Assembly: GCA_964522415.1 (NCBI GenBank)
Contig: CAZFVQ010000015.1
Location: 12,601 to 76,600, forward strand
DNA: 64,000 nt
Direction of reading: 5' to 3'
From: an uncultured Rikenellaceae bacterium
GTDB lineage: Bacteria; Bacteroidota; Bacteroidia; Bacteroidales; VadinHA17
This document shows, piece after piece, positions 18,397-27,753 of this stretch (the stretch's first letter is position 1; each line of letters starts with the position of its first letter). Below the pieces are notes generated by a model. The model was not told where the DNA came from. It ran no database searches and was given only the letters and a program-made list of their open reading frames with translations. Made by a program: the position numbers and the translations under genes.

Positions 18397-21075
18397 ATGA
18401 AAAGAAAAATTACATGGCTGGCAGGCGCAATACTATTTGCTCTTGCTTCCTTCATGACCGATTCAACGGCGCAACAGCTGACAGATTACAACTACAGGGG
18501 ATCACTTGATGCTCTCGGCAATGCTGTCACCAACGACGTTCAGTTCAACGGTTATACAAACCACTGGTGGAATGATTACAAAAAATGGTACAGATACGGA
18601 AGTCTTTATAAAATAGCTATTCCCGACGTTGAAAAGAAAATTATCCAGAGCAGGATTGACATGGCTGAAGACATGGGCCTTCCGGGTCTGTGGATGCAGG
18701 AAGGATTCCTGACAGGCTGGCTTGAGGGACAATGCACTCTGCTCGACAATCCGTCCCCGGCTGAGCTCTCCGGTGCTGCCTCGAAAGGCAACGTCCTGGT
18801 AATCACCTCACCTTCATCGGAAACGGGGAAAATCCTTCACTCAAAATATACCGGAAATGAAAAATGGAAACAGATACTGAAAAGTTACCAGTTCAATGAT
18901 CCTTTTCTGACAGTTGTCGACGCATTCATACTCGAAAACGGTAACAGGAAGATATTCGTGATCTCTTCCGGCAATCATGCGTCGGCCATGAAAGTAAAAG
19001 ACCTGATGGAAAATGTAAAAACAGTTCTTTCTAAATATGATTTGCATAAGGGATGGTTTGCCACTGAAACCCTCCTGAAATCGGTAACCTGCACACCCGG
19101 CCATCCTCTTGAAATAATCGGCAGGGGAATGAACGAGGGCAACTCCTGGTTTGTCTTCAACGGATATATGGATTTTTTCCTGAAGGATGAACTGGATGAC
19201 TGGCTCTCAAGAACAAAACAGCCGGTAGTAGCAGATGTCGGCTTCTCTCCCGTTTTCGGACTCGATAATTATGACGGGCTCCAGGTACAGGACATGCCGG
19301 ACAAGCAGTCATGGATAGATTTTGCACATTCCAGGAACGGCTATGTCTTCCGCCCCGTCTGGGATCCTGCAAGCGATCCGTATAATTATGACGGCTACAT
19401 AGCCACAGCCGGCAACAAACTGCAGATAGACAGTGAAAACGTTCCGTTTATAGTTAACACAGGCGGACTGCTGAATAATCTTGTCCCGTCAATGATACTG
19501 TTCATTGACAAAGGGGAGAAACTTAGCAAAAAACAGTTGTTCGATGCCATCATGGCACGCAGGGAGGTTGGCATAACACAGGAAGGTATCGTGATGGGTC
19601 CTGCAGGATTCAGAACTGCAATGCAGATGCTGTTCCTCGACAGACTGTACCTGGAAAATTATTTCGGTGACCGTATTGACCTGGATGCCGTAATGGAGGG
19701 TTACACTCTCAGTTTCAGCATCACCAATACATATGATCAGCCCGTGACCGGAACATGGGATGTTCAGCTTCCCGAAGGAATACTTTCAGATGACTCAAAG
19801 GGAGCATCAGTCACAATCCCTGCAAGGGGCAGTACTACAGTCCGCCTGAATATCAGGCCCGATGCCCGGGGAATGGATGATGCCAATCCCATTGTGGCCG
19901 GTTTCAAATGGGGCGAAAACGAAAAATATACCATGTGCGTCATGGAAATGCCGCCTGCCATCTCCGTCCACAAAATCATTTACGGACATGCACCCCTGGT
20001 GTCATTTCCCGTAAGCATTCATAACTTCACCACTGAAACCAGGTATCCGGTAACTGTAAAAGTGACTGACAGCAAAAGACCAACAAAGCCTGTCTTCACC
20101 TCAACACAGTACGGAACAAATCCCACGGGAAGCTATGCCGATCTCAAATTTGATCTTAAAGTGCCGGCCGGAAACTATGAAGTGGAAGTGACAGCCCTGG
20201 GAATAAAAACATACAGTCAGCTCGGCGTGGGAAAGGCTTCAGGAAAAGTTTATGCCTATGCCACTGACCTGAACAATGACGGGACAGACGAATTCAGGCT
20301 GGAAAACGACAGTGTAAGGATTACTCTTCTGGCAACAGGGGCAAGAGTGATTGAATATGTCGTCAAGAGCCGTAATGACAATGTCCTCTTTAAGTTATGG
20401 CCGGAAAAATCCGGGGATGACAAACGTCCGAACCGCATGTGGGGATATTATCCCTATGGAGGCTTCGAGGATTTCCTTGGCCAGGCAAGTATGGAAACCC
20501 ATAAGGTCTACGATGCCGAACTTGTCAAAAGCGAAGGTGATTATGTACAGGTGAAAATGAGTGCCGATTACTATGGAAACAAGCTTGAAAAGATTTTTAC
20601 CCTTTATGGCAATTCTCCCCTTCTTGAAGTACGATATGCCATAAAATTCATTAATCCCGAAGCCAATGTCATCGGTCCCCAGCCTATCCTGGAACTGGGC
20701 AAATCGCACTGGACCGAAGATGTGTTCATAACTCCCACGATAGGAGGTCATGAGGAATTCCGGATGAGACCGGAAGATTATTACGGAAGGGCAATAATGA
20801 TTGAGGAAGGCTGGAACGCCGGATATGACACAAAGGAAGATATAGCATTCATTGGTGCATTTCCCGTTGAACAGCCGATTTTCCTCCATATGTGGATGAA
20901 TCATCCCCGCAACAGTGATGCTCATCATTACTATGTTGAATTTCAGCCATGGACACCCATATACCAGAAGAACACCATGTACTTTACATATTATCTGTGG
21001 GCTTCGGGAGGCAAATGGGAATCAGCCCTGAAGGAAATGAGAAACAGAAACCTGATATCAGTACGTAAAAAATAA
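18397..21075 (+). CDS. Secreted protein of unknown function (892 aa)
   Basis: Signal peptide MKRKITWLAGAILFALASF. Long uninterrupted ORF in a glycan cluster. The C-terminal beta-sandwich-like region (ENDSVRITLLATGARVIEYV) loosely recalls accessory domains of GH57/GH38 enzymes. Confidence 0.7.
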   Translation: MKRKITWLAGAILFALASFMTDSTAQQLTDYNYRGSLDALGNAVTNDVQFNGYTNHWWNDYKKWYRYGSLYKIAIPDVEKKIIQSRIDMAEDMGLPGLWMQEGFLTGWLEGQCTLLDNPSPAELSGAASKGNVLVITSPSSETGKILHSKYTGNEKWKQILKSYQFNDPFLTVVDAFILENGNRKIFVISSGNHASAMKVKDLMENVKTVLSKYDLHKGWFATETLLKSVTCTPGHPLEIIGRGMNEGNSWFVFNGYMDFFLKDELDDWLSRTKQPVVADVGFSPVFGLDNYDGLQVQDMPDKQSWIDFAHSRNGYVFRPVWDPASDPYNYDGYIATAGNKLQIDSENVPFIVNTGGLLNNLVPSMILFIDKGEKLSKKQLFDAIMARREVGITQEGIVMGPAGFRTAMQMLFLDRLYLENYFGDRIDLDAVMEGYTLSFSITNTYDQPVTGTWDVQLPEGILSDDSKGASVTIPARGSTTVRLNIRPDARGMDDANPIVAGFKWGENEKYTMCVMEMPPAISVHKIIYGHAPLVSFPVSIHNFTTETRYPVTVKVTDSKRPTKPVFTSTQYGTNPTGSYADLKFDLKVPAGNYEVEVTALGIKTYSQLGVGKASGKVYAYATDLNNDGTDEFRLENDSVRITLLATGARVIEYVVKSRNDNVLFKLWPEKSGDDKRPNRMWGYYPYGGFEDFLGQASMETHKVYDAELVKSEGDYVQVKMSADYYGNKLEKIFTLYGNSPLLEVRYAIKFINPEANVIGPQPILELGKSHWTEDVFITPTIGGHEEFRMRPEDYYGRAIMIEEGWNAGYDTKEDIAFIGAFPVEQPIFLHMWMNHPRNSDAHHYYVEFQPWTPIYQKNTMYFTYYLWASGGKWESALKEMRNRNLISVRKK

Positions 21076-21087
21076 AACCAACAGAAA

Positions 21088-22911
21088 ATGAAGTCATCAG
21101 AAAAAACAGCAATTGCATTACTATTCGCTTTCCTTTTGATCTTTCCCCTGACGGCACAAAGAGCAAAACAAAGTGAGACTCTGCAGATAAAGAATATTGA
21201 ACTATTATATCCAAGTCCGGGTGTTCCTTATTATCATCTTAAGGCAGACCTGGAACTGCCCCGTTCCTCAATGATAGAGGTTGAAGCCGAAGTCAACGGC
21301 AAGGTTCTCCGTTATCTGAACCTTCACAAGGCAGGAGAGGAAGAAGATCCTTCCCTGCCGGCCATGACACACCGCCCGCCTTCGGGCGCAGGCCTTTCCC
21401 AGGATAACACCCTGTACAGGGATATGAGCGTTATCGGCTGGGTCAAATGGCAGCCCGGACAGTCTTACCAGATAAGACTCAGGATCAGGATGAAGGATAA
21501 TATCCAGGCTTCCCAGAAGGACCAGATCATTACGGCAGTAAGGACACTTACTGCTCCTGAAAAAGTGAAAGCATTCGATCCTGCATGGAAAAGCTATAAA
21601 TCAGTCGTGCTGACTGAAACCGCGGGAATAGACAGGAAAGCTGAACCTGTGGAAGTTCTTCTCGCATTCTATCCCGATGAGGCAAATGATATCAAGAGGG
21701 ATATAAGGGTGGTTGCAGTTGATCCGGTAAGCTATGAGCTGACAGAAGTCACGTCACAGGTTTATGATATCCAACAACATCTGGAGGAGGATGACCTTGC
21801 CCCGGATGAAGACGGAAGACCAACAAGAGATGTTCCTGTCTGGTTCCCGACAGTATCCGCAAGAGTTGCCTTCCTTGCAGACGTGCCGGCCCGCTCCAGC
21901 CGTATATTCCATATTTATTACAACAACCCGGATGCCCTGGCTAAGGTGTACATGTCAGACCTGACAGTTCAGGGCGAAGGTCCCGGACTTCAGATCGAGA
22001 ATAAGCAGCTGTCGGTTGTTCTTCATCCCAAATCGGGACACCTCGACCAGATGACACTTAAAAACAAATCCGGATTCCCGCTCTACCATCGCAAGGAAAC
22101 AAACGGAGCCATTCACTGGAATCCTGAAATCTATACACCTCCGAGACCATGGACACATACATCCGACTGGGATCCGCCACAGAACATAAGTTCATACTCC
22201 GGCCCGGTAAAAGCAGAAGCTTCAGTATGGGGCAACCTTCGCGAAATACCCGAAGTGGATGCTTCGGTCAGATATGAGTTTTATCCCGGGAAACCCTATT
22301 TCATCAGTTCAACAGTGATGAGAATAAATGAAACAATGCACTGCAACGCACTCCGCAACGGTGAAATAGTGATTAAAAGGGAACTGATAACCCATGCCGC
22401 ATGGTATGATGTTATCAGGGATAAAGTAATAATATATGATGTGACGAAGATGCCGGATCTCACGGACCTCTTCATGGAAGCAGACGTTCCGTGGATCACT
22501 TTCTATAATGTGGAGGAGGGTGTGGGCTTTGCAGGTATACAGCTTGACTATTCAAATTCCGGACTGGAGAATCCGACAAGGCTGCTCAATCCCTTCTTTT
22601 ATATAACAGGAGGCCCCTGGATATACTGGGCCAGGGCATTATCCCTGCCCTTCCTTTCATCGAACATGCAACAGATGGTGCCAGCCATGAAAGGAAACAT
22701 TTTTTCAGAAAAATGGGCTTACCTGATGTATGAAACGGCAAAGGGTTCAGAACCCTGGGCTCCTGTTCTTGAACATATGAAAGCCCTGACCAGTCCCCTG
22801 CGCATTCAGCTTGTGGAAGAAGTGGATGACAGGGTTTCAAAAACCGTAACAGAACTCTATGTAGGAGAAGGAAAAACCGGATGGGAAGGGCGTGATACCG
22901 GAAGGCACTGA
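21088..22911 (+). CDS. Secreted protein of unknown function (607 aa)
   Basis: Signal peptide; starts 12 nt after the preceding gene. I recognise no family. Confidence 0.7.
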   Translation: MKSSEKTAIALLFAFLLIFPLTAQRAKQSETLQIKNIELLYPSPGVPYYHLKADLELPRSSMIEVEAEVNGKVLRYLNLHKAGEEEDPSLPAMTHRPPSGAGLSQDNTLYRDMSVIGWVKWQPGQSYQIRLRIRMKDNIQASQKDQIITAVRTLTAPEKVKAFDPAWKSYKSVVLTETAGIDRKAEPVEVLLAFYPDEANDIKRDIRVVAVDPVSYELTEVTSQVYDIQQHLEEDDLAPDEDGRPTRDVPVWFPTVSARVAFLADVPARSSRIFHIYYNNPDALAKVYMSDLTVQGEGPGLQIENKQLSVVLHPKSGHLDQMTLKNKSGFPLYHRKETNGAIHWNPEIYTPPRPWTHTSDWDPPQNISSYSGPVKAEASVWGNLREIPEVDASVRYEFYPGKPYFISSTVMRINETMHCNALRNGEIVIKRELITHAAWYDVIRDKVIIYDVTKMPDLTDLFMEADVPWITFYNVEEGVGFAGIQLDYSNSGLENPTRLLNPFFYITGGPWIYWARALSLPFLSSNMQQMVPAMKGNIFSEKWAYLMYETAKGSEPWAPVLEHMKALTSPLRIQLVEEVDDRVSKTVTELYVGEGKTGWEGRDTGRH

Positions 22912-22964
22912 AAACTGACGGAACAGATCAAAAAAGAAATACTTAACAATCCAGTGCCAATCAC

Positions 22965-23807
22965 ATGACATTCACAAGACGTAGTTTCATCAAAACAACC
23001 GGGGCAGGACTGATTGCTGCCGGAGTCCCTGTGCTTGCAGCAGATTCAGTCAGTCTCCCTGCTCCTGAGACAAAGTATCCTTTCAGACTGGCCATTGCCG
23101 GTTTTACTTTTGCAAAATTCAATCTCGACCAGACACTGGAGATGATGAAAAAAGTAAACGTGGGTTTACTTGGAGTAAAAGATTTTCATCTTCCGCTCGA
23201 CAGCTCACAGGAAGTGATCAACCGGACACTGGAAAAGATGAAATCCTTCGGCGTTGAACCCTACGGAGTGGGTCCCATCTACATGAAAAGCGAAGAAGCC
23301 GTTGATCAGGCTTTTGCCTATGCAAAGCGGGTCGGGACAAACACTCTTGTGGGAGTACCTGATATCCATCTTCTTCCATATGTGGAGAAGAAGGTGAGGG
23401 AATATAACATTCGCCTGGCCATCCATAATCACGGACCGGATCTTGAGCTCTACCCGGGAGCCATTGATGTATGGAAGGAGGTCAGGAATCTTGACCCGCG
23501 CATGGGATTCTGTCATGATATTGCACATTCGGTCAGACTGGGGCAGGATCCTTTTCAGGATTTCCTGAATTACAAAGAAAGGATTTTTGATTTTCATATC
23601 TGGGATGTGGATAAGCCGGAAAAAGCCGGCTGGTGTGTTGAATCCGGACGTGGGATAATTGATTTCCCGCGCTTCTTCAGAATGCTCCGTGAACACAACT
23701 ACACCGGAACATGCAGCCTGGAATATGCAAAAGACATGGATGATCCGCTGGCAGGAATAGCCGAATCAATCGGTTATTTCCGGGGTGTGCTTGACGCCAT
23801 TGGCTAA
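22965..23807 (+). CDS. Sugar phosphate isomerase/epimerase (xylose isomerase-like TIM barrel) with a Tat signal
   Basis: Leader MTFTRRSFIKTTGAG. The LAIHNHG...HDIAH metal-site pattern fits the family. Confidence 0.85.
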   Translation: MTFTRRSFIKTTGAGLIAAGVPVLAADSVSLPAPETKYPFRLAIAGFTFAKFNLDQTLEMMKKVNVGLLGVKDFHLPLDSSQEVINRTLEKMKSFGVEPYGVGPIYMKSEEAVDQAFAYAKRVGTNTLVGVPDIHLLPYVEKKVREYNIRLAIHNHGPDLELYPGAIDVWKEVRNLDPRMGFCHDIAHSVRLGQDPFQDFLNYKERIFDFHIWDVDKPEKAGWCVESGRGIIDFPRFFRMLREHNYTGTCSLEYAKDMDDPLAGIAESIGYFRGVLDAIG

Positions 23808-23871
23808 GCACCGCTGTAACAACCATGTAATGAATTTACATACAAGAGTGTGACTATTAAATTATTGACAG

Positions 23872-26139
23872 ATGAGAACTGCAAAACTGTTTATTTTAAT
23901 ACTGGGATCTGTTATCCTGAATCATGGCTGTACAACTGAAAACCGGATGATCAGGGAACCTGTCGATTATGTGAATCCTTATATCGGAAACATAAGTCAC
24001 CTGCTGGTTCCTACCTATCCGACGGTTCATCTGCCAAACAGTATGCTCAGGGTATATCCCGAAAGAACTGATTATACAACTTTGAAACTGCGGGGACTAC
24101 CCCTGGTGGTGACCAGTCACAGGGGCCGTTCGGCTTTCAGTCTCAGTCCTTTTCAGGGAGAATTGGACAATGCCGGTCCGGTTATCAACTATACCTGGGA
24201 TCACGAGAAAATAAGTCCGTATTCATATTCCGTTGTTCTTGATGAGCAGAATATCGGGGTAAGGTTGGGTGTTTCACAACAGTCGGCACTTTATGAGTTT
24301 ACTTTCTCAAAGGACGATAAAAGCAATATCATACTGAATTCAGGGAACGGGGAAATGAAGTGGGACGGAAAGGCTGTTTCCGGATACCAGAATATTGATA
24401 ACCGGACAAAAGTCTTTCTTTATCTTGAATCTGACATAAAACCCTCTTCCGCGGGTGTCCTGAAAGAGGGACAGGTTGATGAATCACTCACAGAAGCCGC
24501 CGGAAGGAATGCAGCCATTCTTCTCAGTTTCCCTGACCGGACCGGGACACTTAAAATACGATATGGTATTTCTTTTATTGATGCTGATCAGGCAAAGAAA
24601 AACCTTGAACGTGAGATAAAAGATTTCGATATCGGCAGGATCCATTCCGAAGGCCGCAGAATATGGAATGAGACTCTTGACAGGATCAGGGTTACGGGCG
24701 GGTCGGAAGATGACAGGACAGTTTTTTATACATCCATTTACCGTACTTATGAACGACCGGTGAATATAACCGAGGACGGCAGGTATTTCAGCGCTTTTGA
24801 TGGTAAAATTCATGATTCCGAAGGTGTTCCGTTTTATACGGATGACTGGATATGGGATACCTACAGGGCAACCCATCCCCTGAGGATACTGACGGAACCT
24901 CTGCTTGAGACCAATATTATCAGATCATTTCTCAGAATGACTGAGCAGATGGAAAATCCCTGGATGCCCACCTTCCCCGGAATAACCGGTGACAGCCGGA
25001 GTATGAATTCCAATCATGGTGTGGCAACAGTCATTGATGCATACAGAAAAGGACTGACGGATTTTGATCTGGAACAGGCATATGAAGTCTGCAGGAGAGC
25101 AATCACGGAAAAAACCCTTGCTCCCTGGTCAGGCAAACCTGCCGGCAGACTCGATGAGTTTTACAAAGAACATGGTTATATTCCTGCTCTGGCTGAAAAT
25201 GAAAAGGAAACAATACCGGAAATTCATTCTTTTGAGAAAAGACAGGCAGTAGCTGTTACACTTGGTACTGCCTATGACCAGTGGTGTCTGGCACAGATTG
25301 CAAAAGAGCTGGGAAAAACAGATGATTACCGGTATTTCCTTGAATGTTCCTATAATTACCGCAGACTTTTCAATGCAGAAACTGACTTTTTTCATCCGAA
25401 AGACAGCAGGGGTAATTTTATTACGCCCTTTGACTATAAGTTTTCAGGCGGCATGGGCGCCCGTGACTATTATGATGAAAACAATGCTTACACATACAGA
25501 TGGGATGTACAGCATAATATTGCCGATCTGATAAGCCTGATGGGAGGTAATGAAAAGTTTGTCATGAGACTTGATGAGACTTTCAATGAACCTCTTGGTA
25601 AAAGCAAGTATGCATTTTATGCCCAGCTGCCTGATCAGACCGGTAACGTGGGCCAGTTCTCAATGGCAAATGAACCTTCTCTCCATATTCCCTATCTGTA
25701 TAATTATGCAGGCCAGCCATGGCGTACGCAGAAACTGATAAGGACACTGCTTTTTGAATGGTTCCGCAACGATCTGATGGGGATTCCCGGCGATGAGGAC
25801 GGAGGCGGAACAACTGCATTTGTAGTGTTTTCAAAGCTTGGCTTCTACCCGGTCACCCCGGGATCTCCGACATATAATATCGGCAGCCCGGTATTTACTG
25901 AGTCAGTGATGGATCTTGGAAACGGAAAGGAATTTAAAATCGTGGCAGTCAACTGTTCAGAAGAAAATAAATATATTCAGTCGGCCAGGCTTAATGGCAA
26001 GGAGTGGAACAAACCCTGGTTCAGTCATGATGATATCAGGGATGGTGCAACACTCGAACTTGTAATGGGTCCGGCTCCTGAACGCCAATGGGGAAGTGGT
26101 CCGGATTCAGCTCCGCCCTCTGCCGAAAAAATTGAATAA
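23872..26139 (+). CDS. GH92-family alpha-mannosidase
   Basis: VNPYIGN near the N-terminus and the hallmark GIPGDEDGGGTTAFVVFSKLGFYPVTPGSP. Confidence 0.9.
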   Translation: MRTAKLFILILGSVILNHGCTTENRMIREPVDYVNPYIGNISHLLVPTYPTVHLPNSMLRVYPERTDYTTLKLRGLPLVVTSHRGRSAFSLSPFQGELDNAGPVINYTWDHEKISPYSYSVVLDEQNIGVRLGVSQQSALYEFTFSKDDKSNIILNSGNGEMKWDGKAVSGYQNIDNRTKVFLYLESDIKPSSAGVLKEGQVDESLTEAAGRNAAILLSFPDRTGTLKIRYGISFIDADQAKKNLEREIKDFDIGRIHSEGRRIWNETLDRIRVTGGSEDDRTVFYTSIYRTYERPVNITEDGRYFSAFDGKIHDSEGVPFYTDDWIWDTYRATHPLRILTEPLLETNIIRSFLRMTEQMENPWMPTFPGITGDSRSMNSNHGVATVIDAYRKGLTDFDLEQAYEVCRRAITEKTLAPWSGKPAGRLDEFYKEHGYIPALAENEKETIPEIHSFEKRQAVAVTLGTAYDQWCLAQIAKELGKTDDYRYFLECSYNYRRLFNAETDFFHPKDSRGNFITPFDYKFSGGMGARDYYDENNAYTYRWDVQHNIADLISLMGGNEKFVMRLDETFNEPLGKSKYAFYAQLPDQTGNVGQFSMANEPSLHIPYLYNYAGQPWRTQKLIRTLLFEWFRNDLMGIPGDEDGGGTTAFVVFSKLGFYPVTPGSPTYNIGSPVFTESVMDLGNGKEFKIVAVNCSEENKYIQSARLNGKEWNKPWFSHDDIRDGATLELVMGPAPERQWGSGPDSAPPSAEKIE

Positions 26140-26217
26140 ATATTGTTATTTTGAATGAACAGACCCAGCAGGCTTTTCAGAAGGGTAGAGCCATCCTGTT
26201 CCCGGGCTTCTCATTTG

Positions 26218-26292
26218 TGGGGCGTACTGGATTCGAACCAGTGACCTCTTGCCTGTCAAGCAAGCGTTCTGAACCAACTGAACTAACGTCCC
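26218..26292 (-). tRNA. tRNA-Val (anticodon GAC)
   Basis: The reverse complement folds as a 75-nt cloverleaf: GGGACGT-TA-GTTC..GAAC-G-CTTGC-TTGACAG-GCAAG-AGGTC-ACTGG-TTCGAAT-CCAGT-ACGCCCC-A. There is one A4:C69 mismatch in the acceptor stem, and no CCA is encoded. Confidence 0.85.
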
Positions 26293-26326
26293 TTTTTCAC
26301 ATTGGCTTCGGATTCCGGCTGTTTAC

Positions 26327-26500
26327 ACTGTTAACAGGTCTTCTGAATTTCCGGGCACCCGCAGGTTCCATCTGTTAACAAGTCTGCCGTATTTCCGGGC
26401 ACCCGCTGGTTCCATCTGTTAACAAGTCTGCCGTATTTCCGGGCACCCGCTGGTTCCGTCTGTTAACAAGTCTGCTGTATTTCCGGTCAACCGGGGAACC
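26327..26500. repeat. 44-bp tandem repeat, about 4 copies
   Basis: CTGTTAACA starts at 26328, 26372, 26416 and 26460. The unit is TCTGTTAACAAGTCTGCCGTATTTCCGGGCACCCGCTGGTTCCA. Confidence 0.9.
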
Positions 26501-26528
26501 CCCTGCCAGCTGCAAAAATAGTAAATGC

Positions 26529-27659
26529 TTATGAAAAATCAAATCCAGACACATAGGCAGGGGCATCATAGAATTTTTCCTGCTCTTCCGCGGTCAGATT
26601 GACAAATTTTACATAAACGAGTCCCGGCTTGGCATTGAGCATCCTGTTAAGGGCTCCCAGCCTTCCTGAGGTCCGCATTGTGTCATACAACTCACTCCGG
26701 TCGTCGAGCCACATCAGTCCGGTGTGAAAGCCTTCCGATGCACAGACAGATTCAAGAAGGGTATAAAGAAGGGATTCCTTCCCTTTTTTGCAGTAAATGG
26801 CATCAAACACCAGGAAATGAAAAATACCCGGACTGAACAGGCGGCGGAACAAGGGTATGAGAGGAAGAACTTTCATCATCACCCAGCCCCATATACCGGG
26901 AATATTATATATTTCGTTGGAGGCCGGAAAAGCATTTACACCGGCAACTATCTCATCTCCTTCCTTCAAAACATAATACCTGTTGCCGTAAAAAGCATAA
27001 TCCGCAGTAAAAAGAGAATAATCACGGTAATAATCCCTGAGCAATTCATGCATTTCCGGTATCTCATTCTCCCGTATCAGTGATACCCGCCTGTCAGGCC
27101 GGGGGCTGAACCTGCTGAAAGCAACTGTAAGGAATGATCTGATATACTCGAAACCCGCCTTGTGGACGAGGTCTTTTGCCCTCTCATTCACACTTTCAAG
27201 AAAAGCATACAAAATATGCCTGTCTTTTTCAAAAACATCAGGCAATCCGAGCAGATGGGGCTTCCCAAAAATCTCAAGTGTCCTGGTTTTAAAAGAATCG
27301 AAAGGTTCCGGTCTTATCTCCCTGACCTGTCTTCTTCTCCTGCTCCTGGTATCCGACTGTAACAGTGAAAGAAAAGCCAGATACTTGATGAAAGTGGAAG
27401 GATATTTAAGATCATCCTGTCCTGAAATACGGTAGCAGGCTCCGGCCGTTGCCGTAATCTTATTCTTTTTATAGAGGGATATGAACCTGATCCGGTCCTT
27501 ATAGGCAGCTATCCGTTCAGAAATATCCTGAAAGGTAAACCTCATACCTCCTTCCGACCCCTGGACAGCCCGGCTGAGAATGTTGATAATGCCTTCATCA
27601 GCACTGTCTGTAACCCTTATTTCAAGTCCGTGAAAATCAAAAATCGTTTTTTCAGTCAT
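26529..27659 (-). CDS. Hypothetical protein (376 aa), possibly an acyl-CoA N-acyltransferase-like fold
   Basis: Long ORF with normal composition. The only hint is a weak GNAT-like segment, DAIYCKKGKESLLYTLLESV. Confidence 0.55.
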   Translation of the reverse strand: MTEKTIFDFHGLEIRVTDSADEGIINILSRAVQGSEGGMRFTFQDISERIAAYKDRIRFISLYKKNKITATAGACYRISGQDDLKYPSTFIKYLAFLSLLQSDTRSRRRRQVREIRPEPFDSFKTRTLEIFGKPHLLGLPDVFEKDRHILYAFLESVNERAKDLVHKAGFEYIRSFLTVAFSRFSPRPDRRVSLIRENEIPEMHELLRDYYRDYSLFTADYAFYGNRYYVLKEGDEIVAGVNAFPASNEIYNIPGIWGWVMMKVLPLIPLFRRLFSPGIFHFLVFDAIYCKKGKESLLYTLLESVCASEGFHTGLMWLDDRSELYDTMRTSGRLGALNRMLNAKPGLVYVKFVNLTAEEQEKFYDAPAYVSGFDFS

Positions 27660-27753
27660 AATCTGTTTTCTGATCCTTATTAATTCAAAAATCCGGATTC
27701 AAAACCAATTTATCGGTTTAGACCTGAATCTCCATTGTATCAGTTTAACCGAA

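Noticed and set aside
26151-26378. 75-aa plus-strand ORF.
   Set aside because: It lies antisense to and fully overlaps tRNA-Val, then continues into the 44-bp repeat, so it is a spurious frame.
26327-26500. Possibility that the tandem repeat arrays (also 30509-30681 and 55360-55500) are CRISPR arrays.
   Set aside because: The units are directly adjacent with no unique spacers, and no cas genes are in the window.
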